In this document: positions 48,424-55,996 of the stretch, one piece after another | How the letters are laid out: every line of letters starts with the position of its first letter | Position numbering within the stretch: the first letter of the stretch is position 1 | From: a bacterium | GTDB lineage: Bacteria; RBG-13-61-14; DATKZS01 | DNA length: 64,000 nucleotides | Assembly: GCA_963674965.2 (NCBI GenBank) | Contig: CAXXFL010000005.1 | Span: 512,001 to 576,000 of the forward strand | Reading direction: 5' to 3' | Position numbers and translations under genes: made by a program | The notes under the pieces: model-generated | The model's database searches: none | Seen by the model: the letters and a program-made list of their open reading frames with translations, nothing else | What the model was told of the DNA's origin: nothing

Positions 48424-48631
48424 TAAATTGATGAAAATTAAGTCCTGATAAAATCACAATGCCATAATGAGTATAAATATAATTCTATTAAACAGCAGCA
48501 TAAACATATAACAATATAATCACCATTGTCAAGTACAGGATTGAACATCTTCAACGTTATAAAGGAGAATTACGGCGCCGTATTGCCTACTAGCGCTATG
48601 TCGCCCGCGGGGGCGCTTGTACGATGGATAT

Positions 48632-51376
48632 TCAGGTGGGGGTGATGATGTAGTCGGGCATGGTGGTGCGGGTGATCTCGGAGATGGTGGTGATGCCCTG
48701 TCTGACTTTCTCGAGGCCGGTCTGCCGCATGGTGCGCATGCCCTGGCGCATGGCCTCGTGCTTGAGCTCGGTGGGGGTGGCTCCGGCCAGGATGTACTCG
48801 CCCAGGGTCCCCCTCAGCACCATCACCTCGTAAAGGCCGTAGCGGCCCTTGAAGCCGCGGTCCATGCAGGAGGGGCACCCGACCTCGCGGTAGGCCACGA
48901 AGTCCTCGATCTCCTCCTCGGGCACGCCCACGCTGAGAAGGGTCTTGTGGTCTATTTCCTCGATGGCCTTGCAGTTGTCGCAGAGCTTTCTCACCAGCCT
49001 CTGGCTGGCCACGCCGTTCAGGGAGGCGGTGATGAGGAAGGGCTCGACGCCCATGTTCAAAAGGCGGTTGACGGTGCTGGGCGCGTCGTTGGTATGGACG
49101 GTCGAGAGGACGACGTGTCCGGTAAGGGCGGCCTTGACCGCTATCTCGGCGGTCTCGAAGTCCCGGATTTCCCCGACCATGATGGTGTCGGGGTCCTGTC
49201 GGAGGAAGGAGCGGAGGGTGTAGGCGAAGTTGAGCCCGATCTCGTCCTGCATCTGGACCTGGTTGATCCCCTCGAGGTAATACTCGATGGGGTCCTCGGC
49301 GGTGGAGATGTTGTCCGATATCTTGTTCAGCTCGATGAGGGCCGAGTAAAGGGTGGTGGTCTTTCCGCAGCCGGAGGGCCCGGTGACCAGGACCATGCCG
49401 TAGGGCTGGTGGATGGCCCACCTGAAGTCGTCGAGTTGTCCCTCCTCCATGCCCAGGACCGTAAGGTCCAGCTGGAGGCTTTCCTTGTCCAGGATGCGGA
49501 GCACCAGCTTCTCGCCCCACAGGGTGGGAAGGGTGCTGACGCGGAAGTCGATCTTCTTCTTGCCCACCTTGAGGGAGATGCGCCCGTCCTGGGGCAGCCG
49601 GCGCTCGGAGATGTCGAGCTTGGACATGATCTTGATCCTGGACACGACCGACACCCTGAGCTTGTAGGGGGGGCTGAGGATATGGTAGAGCACGCCGTCG
49701 ATCCGGTAGCGTATCCTGAAGGCGCTCTCGTAGGGCTCGAAGTGAATGTCCGAGGCCCCCTTGGCGATGGCGTCGAGAAGCACCTGGTTGACCAGCTTGA
49801 CCACGGGCGCGGCCTCGCCTTCCCGTTCCGCCGTCATCAGGTCGAAGTCGTCCTCGAAGTTGGCCGTCTCGATCTCGGAGTCGTCGAAACCGGCCATCAC
49901 CTCGTCGAGCATGTCCCCCGAGTCGTGGTACTGGCCCAGGGCCTCCATGATGTCGCGCTCGGTGGCGACCACGGTCTCGACGTTGTACTCGGTGAGGAAC
50001 TTGATCTCGTCGATGGCCTCGATGTTGCTCGGGTCGGCCATGGCCACCACCAGGGTCTTGCCCGCGTGGTTGATGGGTATGGCCCGGTATTTTTTGGCCA
50101 GTTCCTCGGGGAGGATGCTGACCACGTCCTGGTCCAGCTCGAGGTCGGCCAGCTTGACCGCCGGCACCTTGAAGTGTTCGCTGAGGAAGCCGTGCAGCTC
50201 CTCGTCGTTGATGGCTCCCGACTCGACCAGGCTGTTGAGGAAACTCTGTCCCTTCTCCCGCATCTGGGAGAAGGTCGCCTGGAGCTGGTTGCCGTCGATC
50301 ACCTTGTTCTCGAGCAGGAGCTCTCCGATCCTGGCCGCCCCGGTCCCTCCCTTCACGCTGAGCAGCGCCTCGACGGCCTCGCGCTTGTGCTCGATGAGGA
50401 TGTCCGAGACCCGGCTGACCTCGATCTCGGCCGAGGTCTCCTGGTACTTGACCATCTCGCCCTTGCCCGCGGCCTCCTCCTCGGCGATCCGCTGGGAAAG
50501 GTAGTCCGTCACCGCCCCGGCGAAGTCCCCCTCCCCGTCCGCGAACACGGGGCCCTCGTCGTCGTCCTCGTCTATCTCGATGGCCTTGCTCTTGCGGCGC
50601 ACGGTCTTGGCCTCCTCCACCTTGACCGACTTGAGCCCGCCGGCCTCGGCCACCTCGAGGACGCCGCCCACCAGCAGGGTGTACACCACCTGCAGGGTCC
50701 GGGTAAGGCCCAGGCCGCTCGAGCCGATCACGCTCGAGAAGGGCTTGCCGTCCGCCACGTTCCTGGCCAGCTCGACCTCCTCGGGAAGCAGCCTGTAGTT
50801 GTCGATCTTTTTCTCGAACTCCCTCGAGAGCTTGATCCCCTTCTCGCGCAGGTGCTCGAACTCGGACTCGAGGTAGGCCAGGTCGAAGTATTCCGACACG
50901 CCCTGGTAGAGTATCCACTCGGGGTTGACCTTGTACATGGGCACGTCGTGGCTGAACTTGGCCACGCTCTCTTCCTTGAACTCGAACAGGCCCGACTTGT
51001 ACTCGAAGCAGTTGACGATCTTGATCTCGGTCTGATAGACGAGGACCTCGTGGAGCTTTTGCTTGTCGACCCATTTCCTTTCCACCACCACCTGGCCCAG
51101 TTGTTTCTGGGTAAGGGCTATCTCGTCGATGGCCTCCTCGAGCTGGTCGTCGGTGATAAGTCCCTTGCGCAAAAGTATCTGGCCCAGGCTTTCAGTGAGA
51201 GGACCGAACTTGACGAAGCTCGAGTCGCCACCCAGGAAGAAGACGCGCTTTCGCACCAGCCCGTCCTTTTCCTCGATCAGGTCCAGAACGCCGGTGCGGG
51301 CCTCTCCCGCGATGGCGTAATACACCTTGGCGAACGAGTAATCTCGAAGATTTCCCTTTTTTATCGGGTCCGGCAT
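48632..51376 (-). CDS. pilB: Type IV pilus assembly ATPase PilB with a long N-terminal DUF4388/PATAN-like extension
   Basis: ASDIHFEP, RYRIDG, LDISERRLPQDG, GPSGCGKTTT, TAEDPIE, LRQDPDTIMVGEIRD, TGHVVLSTVHTND, CDNC/CPSC. Confidence 0.92.
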   Translation of the reverse strand: MPDPIKKGNLRDYSFAKVYYAIAGEARTGVLDLIEEKDGLVRKRVFFLGGDSSFVKFGPLTESLGQILLRKGLITDDQLEEAIDEIALTQKQLGQVVVERKWVDKQKLHEVLVYQTEIKIVNCFEYKSGLFEFKEESVAKFSHDVPMYKVNPEWILYQGVSEYFDLAYLESEFEHLREKGIKLSREFEKKIDNYRLLPEEVELARNVADGKPFSSVIGSSGLGLTRTLQVVYTLLVGGVLEVAEAGGLKSVKVEEAKTVRRKSKAIEIDEDDDEGPVFADGEGDFAGAVTDYLSQRIAEEEAAGKGEMVKYQETSAEIEVSRVSDILIEHKREAVEALLSVKGGTGAARIGELLLENKVIDGNQLQATFSQMREKGQSFLNSLVESGAINDEELHGFLSEHFKVPAVKLADLELDQDVVSILPEELAKKYRAIPINHAGKTLVVAMADPSNIEAIDEIKFLTEYNVETVVATERDIMEALGQYHDSGDMLDEVMAGFDDSEIETANFEDDFDLMTAEREGEAAPVVKLVNQVLLDAIAKGASDIHFEPYESAFRIRYRIDGVLYHILSPPYKLRVSVVSRIKIMSKLDISERRLPQDGRISLKVGKKKIDFRVSTLPTLWGEKLVLRILDKESLQLDLTVLGMEEGQLDDFRWAIHQPYGMVLVTGPSGCGKTTTLYSALIELNKISDNISTAEDPIEYYLEGINQVQMQDEIGLNFAYTLRSFLRQDPDTIMVGEIRDFETAEIAVKAALTGHVVLSTVHTNDAPSTVNRLLNMGVEPFLITASLNGVASQRLVRKLCDNCKAIEEIDHKTLLSVGVPEEEIEDFVAYREVGCPSCMDRGFKGRYGLYEVMVLRGTLGEYILAGATPTELKHEAMRQGMRTMRQTGLEKVRQGITTISEITRTTMPDYIITPT

Positions 51377-51509
51377 TTACTAACTCTCATGATGAACGGT
51401 AAACTGCCAACCGCGCCGGCCGGCGGGGGAAAGTGCCTGGAATCATACACGACTATCAAAAATAGCACCGCCATGGTGAGCCGTCAAGGACTTGGCCCCG
51501 CTTCCCTTC

Positions 51510-52418
51510 TCAAAAAAGCGCGGCCGCGGCCAATCCCTGGTTGTCCGGCTCGAGTATTTTCATCTCCAGTCCGCTTCCCTCCCACTGGAAGGCGTCCTCC
51601 ATGGCCCGGGCGACCCCGGCCGACAGGGACGCCTCGCACAAGGCTATCACGCTCGAGCCGGCGCCGGAAAGAAAGCCACCCAAGGCCCCCGCCTCGACCG
51701 CGGCCTTTATCACGTCCTCCAGGTAAGGGGCCAGCGACTTGCGATAGGGCTGATGTATCCTGTCCTCGAAGGCCCCTTTTAATACCTCGGGCTCGTCCCG
51801 CGTGAGACCGTGGACGAGCCAGATGGCCCTTTGCATGTTGAAGACGGCGTCCTCCCTTTTCACCGCCTCGGGCAGGGCCCTCCTGGCCTCGGCCGTGGAC
51901 AGCTCCCTCTCGGGGACCAGGGCGACCAGGCGGTAGCGGGAGGGCGTCTTGAATCTTAACGCCCTGGCCTTTCCCATATACCATCCCGAGACCGTCAGCC
52001 CTCCGAGCACGCAGGGAGCCGCGTTGTCCGTGTGCCGCTCGAGGCCGGAGGTGAGGTCGAACAGCTCGTCCCGGGAAAGGGGCCGGTCCCAAAGGGCGTT
52101 GGCCGAGGCCATGGCCGCGGCGCGGTAGGCGGCCGAGCTGCCCAGGCCCCGGGCGAGGGGCACGTCTCCCTTGAAGACCGCCCGAAAGCCGGCGGCCTTG
52201 CGGCCCGCTCTTTTTTCCAAGGCGCCGATCGCCTCGAGGCAGAGGTCCGTAAGGCCCCCGGTCCAGGCGGGGGCGGCGTCGGGGAACTCGAGGACCGCCC
52301 CTGACCCTGTCCTCTCGACGCGGACCTCGAGATATATGGACAGGGCCATGCCAATGACGTCGAAACCCGGTCCCAGGTTCGAGGTGGACGCCGGTACCCT
52401 GATGATCGCTTTTTCCAT
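51510..52418 (-). CDS. thrB: Homoserine kinase
   Basis: VPASTSNLGPGFD, PLARGLGSSA, ERHTDN, DRIHQPYR, LSGAG. Confidence 0.93.
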   Translation of the reverse strand: MEKAIIRVPASTSNLGPGFDVIGMALSIYLEVRVERTGSGAVLEFPDAAPAWTGGLTDLCLEAIGALEKRAGRKAAGFRAVFKGDVPLARGLGSSAAYRAAAMASANALWDRPLSRDELFDLTSGLERHTDNAAPCVLGGLTVSGWYMGKARALRFKTPSRYRLVALVPERELSTAEARRALPEAVKREDAVFNMQRAIWLVHGLTRDEPEVLKGAFEDRIHQPYRKSLAPYLEDVIKAAVEAGALGGFLSGAGSSVIALCEASLSAGVARAMEDAFQWEGSGLEMKILEPDNQGLAAAALF

Positions 52419-52493
52419 TCGATCGTCCTTCAGGAAATCCTGGACATAAAACCGCCCTCCATTGAAAATGGGGTGGGCGGCAAATGGAACGAA

Positions 52494-53201
52494 TTACTTC
52501 GTCAGCTTGAATTCTTCCAGATATTCCTTGGGATTGATTATACCCTTTTTCGCCAGCAGTTTCAGAAGGGCCTTAAGTTCCCTGGTAAGCGCCGGCTTGT
52601 CCTCGCCGTTGGCCTGGGAGGGGTCCACTTCATCGGCCGGCGTCACCATCAACTCGGGGGCCGAAACCTCGTGCTCGACCGTCTCGGACACGTCGATGGC
52701 CATGTTTCCAGGTCCCAATTCCGGGTCCTTTTGCATGCGGTACGATCCGGCGCCGTGGCGGTCGTAGAAATAATCGTTGATAACGTACCTGATGGTGCTT
52801 TCCAGGGCCAGGGCCGGCTCGACCTTGTAGCCGGTGAGGAACCTGATTTCGTCCTGGACCGCCACGTTGGTGGGATCGGACATGGCCAGCACCAGGATGT
52901 TTCCCTTGGGGGTCCTTTTGAGGGCGATGGGAAAAACGCCGTGCTCGTTGGCCGTCTCGAGGGGAACTATTCGAATGACCTCCTCGGGGATGGTGCTTCT
53001 CGAGAAGTCCACCGCCGGTATGCCAAGCTGGGAGGTAAGGGCCCGGATATAGGTCTGCTCCGTAATGAAACGGCGGTCAAGAAGGATGTTACCCAACTTG
53101 CCGCCGTAATTCCTCTGGTCATCCAGGGCATCCGAGAGTTGCCTCGGCGTAATCGCCTTCGCCTCAACTAGTATTTCGCCAAGCCGCTTTTTTCTTTTCA
53201 T
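52494..53201 (-). CDS. Stand-alone MshEN/GSPII_N domain protein (predicted c-di-GMP receptor)
   Basis: RLGEILVEAKAITPRQLSDALDDQ and KLGNILLDRRFITEQTYIRALTSQ; LAMSDP; no ATPase domain. Confidence 0.85.
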   Translation of the reverse strand: MKRKKRLGEILVEAKAITPRQLSDALDDQRNYGGKLGNILLDRRFITEQTYIRALTSQLGIPAVDFSRSTIPEEVIRIVPLETANEHGVFPIALKRTPKGNILVLAMSDPTNVAVQDEIRFLTGYKVEPALALESTIRYVINDYFYDRHGAGSYRMQKDPELGPGNMAIDVSETVEHEVSAPELMVTPADEVDPSQANGEDKPALTRELKALLKLLAKKGIINPKEYLEEFKLTK

Positions 53202-53238
53202 CTTCAGCCCGCGGATTTATGGCCTCCGGCCCAGGTGA

Positions 53239-54207
53239 CTATTCCTCGATTTCTTCCTCTAAAGTGCCTCGTCTCCACTGCTGGTAGTGTTTATTGCAAA
53301 AACCTTTGCTGCGGTGCTTGTTGTTGCATCCCTTAACCTTGCATTTCTTGGACGGAGACCTGGGCTTGGCCGCCTTTTTCACGCCCTTCTTTTTGGCGGC
53401 GGCTTTGGGCTTGGGCGTCTTTTTGGCCTCCGCTTTTTTAGGTGGGTCCATCTTGGCCGCCGGCGCCGGTTTTTCCGGCTCCGGCTCGGGTTCAGGCTCC
53501 GGCGAAGCGGCGGGCTCGGGTTTGGCCGCCGGTTTTACTTCAGGCGCCGGCTTGGAAGGCGGGGCCGGTTTGGGCTCGGGCGCCTTCTCCGGTACCGGTT
53601 CCGGTACGGGGGCCGGTTTCATCGCTTCCTTGGCCGGATCGGGTTTGACCGTCTTCTCGGCCGCCGGCTCGGCCTTGGGCTCCCTCTTGTCCTCGGGAGC
53701 GACCGCCCGGGCGGACGCTTCGTCGTTTTTTCTTCTGAGTTCCTCGGCCTCGCGCGAGAGCTTGTCGATGACCCGGTCGATCTCTTGGCGCATCATGGCG
53801 TCGTGGCTTTTCATCTTGAAGCGCCACATCAACCAGATGACGAAAAGCCCCAGGGCCACCACCCAGAAGACGTCCATGGAAAAGGCCGGGTTCCTCAGGG
53901 TCCAACTGAAAGGAGTTTCTCCTAGTCCTCTCTGGTGGAGAAGACGAAGCGACTCGCTGGACTTTCTGGCGGCCGTCAGCCTGGCGCTCGACTGCACCGT
54001 CTCGGCCCGAAGGTTGGCCATGGTCTTTTCCATGGCCAGGACGCGGTTTTGAAGCTCGACTCTTCCCTCGTCGATTCCGTTCACCTGTTTCTGGACCGTG
54101 TCGATATGAAGGGAAGTGAGCTTTCGCTTGTCCTCGTCGGCGTCCGAACAGCAAGCCAGGAAGGAAACAAGAGCGATTAAGGCTGCTATTTTCGAAATAC
54201 TACGCAC
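53239..54207 (-). CDS. Lipoprotein-like protein with coiled coil, TM, Pro/Lys/Ala-rich linker and C-terminal C3H zinc-finger-like motif
   Basis: LACC lipobox; internal TM FWVVALGLFVIWLMW; CKVKGC...KGFCNKHYQQWRRG. Confidence 0.8.
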   Translation of the reverse strand: MRSISKIAALIALVSFLACCSDADEDKRKLTSLHIDTVQKQVNGIDEGRVELQNRVLAMEKTMANLRAETVQSSARLTAARKSSESLRLLHQRGLGETPFSWTLRNPAFSMDVFWVVALGLFVIWLMWRFKMKSHDAMMRQEIDRVIDKLSREAEELRRKNDEASARAVAPEDKREPKAEPAAEKTVKPDPAKEAMKPAPVPEPVPEKAPEPKPAPPSKPAPEVKPAAKPEPAASPEPEPEPEPEKPAPAAKMDPPKKAEAKKTPKPKAAAKKKGVKKAAKPRSPSKKCKVKGCNNKHRSKGFCNKHYQQWRRGTLEEEIEE

Positions 54208-54222
54208 CCTTTCCTCCCGGGT

Positions 54223-54654
54223 TCACTCGTTGACGGTGTTCCTGTGACGCATGCGATAGAAGAGCCAGAGCACGAAGATGAAGAAGACCAGCCAGAGAAT
54301 ATTTCCATAGCTCCAGCCCGGGTCCTCCATGACCTCCTCCGCCGGCGAGGGGCCCATGCCGCCCATGTTAAGCTGGCGAAGCGACTTAAGAGAAACGTTG
54401 GCCGCGTGTATCTTGGGGGATTCCTTGTCAAGCTCCTCCTGCATCGCCTGAAGCTGAGACTGAGTCTCGGCTATCATTTGGCGCATGGCCTCCTGATGCT
54501 TCTCGAGAGCGCCTATTTGTTTTTCCACGTTGGTTATCTCGAGTTGCATCTGCTTTTTAAGCTGCTCGTCCTCGTCGCCGCATCCGACCATAATGATACC
54601 GAGGACCAACGTAAAAACAACGACCCCCAAGCGTTTCATCCAATGCTTCGTCAT
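54223..54654 (-). CDS. Lipoprotein-like coiled-coil protein with C-terminal TM, paralogous to the N-terminal half of 53239-54207
   Basis: MVGC lipobox; coiled coil; ILWLVFFIFVLWLFY TM. Confidence 0.8.
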   Translation of the reverse strand: MTKHWMKRLGVVVFTLVLGIIMVGCGDEDEQLKKQMQLEITNVEKQIGALEKHQEAMRQMIAETQSQLQAMQEELDKESPKIHAANVSLKSLRQLNMGGMGPSPAEEVMEDPGWSYGNILWLVFFIFVLWLFYRMRHRNTVNE

Positions 54655-55051
54655 AGCTGTCTAACTCTCCTTTCAAAGGTTGTACGTGAATTGCGAACCC
54701 GGCCAAACCCTAGATGGGTTTCCTTTATACTAGAATATAAGCCCTTAGTCAACCCGATTCTCAAGATACTTTAGACGTTTTGGAGCGTTTCGCAACCAAA
54801 AAATTTCAGCCTTCTCCGGAAACAGATTTAACCCGCTGAATAATAACGAGCAAATGGAGGGAAAATTTTCCGGCTTTCCCCCTTCTGACTCATCCTTGCC
54901 CTTCCGGCCTTTAAGCCTATCTTGATTCGCCTTAACGGTATTTTGCGCCAGTGAGCCCCAAATTGGAAATCTCCTTGGTCAAGACGATTTATATTGCCAT
55001 TGCTTCATTATTATATATACCAACAGGAAACCGGTTGCCGCTCCTTATGGA

Positions 55052-55996
55052 CTAAATCCATGGCAATTTGTCCAGGTCCACGTTCCCGCCGGACAATATG
55101 ATTCCGACGCGCTTGCCCTTGAAAAACTCCGGCCTCTGGATTGCGGCCCCGAGGGGAACGGCGGCGGACGGCTCGATCACGATCTTGGCCCTTTCCCAGG
55201 TGAGCTTCATGGCGGCGACGATGTTTTTTTCGCTTACGGTCAGGATATCGTGAACCCTCTCCATGATGATGGGAAAGGTAATCGAGCCGAGCGACGTAAG
55301 CAGGCCGTCCGCTATGGTGCGGGGGTTTTGGGAGGGCTCGAGCTTTCCGGACTTGAAGGAGCGATGGGCGTCGGGGGCCCCCTCCGGCTCGGCCCCGATC
55401 ACCTTAACCGCCGGCGCCAGGTGGGCCGCGGCCAGGGCGGTCCCGCTCAGTAAACCGCCGCCCCCGACGGGCGCCACGATGAAATCGAGGTCAGGCGTCT
55501 CCCGGATCAATTCCATGGCCGCCGTGGCCTGGCCGGCGATGACGCGCTCGTCGTTGTAAGGATGGACGAAGGCGGCTCCCGTTTGCTCGACCACCCGGGC
55601 CAGGGTCTCCTCCCTGGCGCTCAGGGTGGGCTCGCAAAAGACCACTTGGCCGCCGTAGCCCTTGACCGCGCTTACCTTCACCAGGGGAGCGTTGTCGGGC
55701 ATGACGATATGGGCGGCCACTCCCCGGTCGCGGGCCGCCAGGGCCAGGGCCTGGGCGTGGTTGCCGGAGGAATGGGTGGCCACCCCCCTCTCGGCCTCGA
55801 GGTCGGTCAGGGAGAAAACCGCGTTGGCGGCGCCCCGGGCCTTGAAGGCCCCCACCTTCTGGAAGTTCTCGCACTTGAAGAAGAACCTCGCCCCCACCGC
55901 CTGGTCTATGCTCGAGCAAGTCATCACCGGCGTCCGCCGGATATAAGGCTCGACGCGGGCCGCCGCCGCCCGGATATCGTCAATGGTTATGGCCAT
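55052..55996 (-). CDS. PLP-dependent serine/threonine dehydratase or serine racemase family
   Basis: KCENFQKVGAFKARG, HSSGNHAQ, PVGGGGL, EPSAAV, SGGNVD; ATG 55996. Confidence 0.92.
   Translation of the reverse strand: MAITIDDIRAAAARVEPYIRRTPVMTCSSIDQAVGARFFFKCENFQKVGAFKARGAANAVFSLTDLEAERGVATHSSGNHAQALALAARDRGVAAHIVMPDNAPLVKVSAVKGYGGQVVFCEPTLSAREETLARVVEQTGAAFVHPYNDERVIAGQATAAMELIRETPDLDFIVAPVGGGGLLSGTALAAAHLAPAVKVIGAEPEGAPDAHRSFKSGKLEPSQNPRTIADGLLTSLGSITFPIIMERVHDILTVSEKNIVAAMKLTWERAKIVIEPSAAVPLGAAIQRPEFFKGKRVGIILSGGNVDLDKLPWI

Noticed and set aside
48570-51805. Long ORFs 48617-51805 (+, 1062 aa) and 48570-51074 (-, 834 aa)
   Set aside because: Shadow frames of the high-GC pilB gene with biased composition and no motifs.
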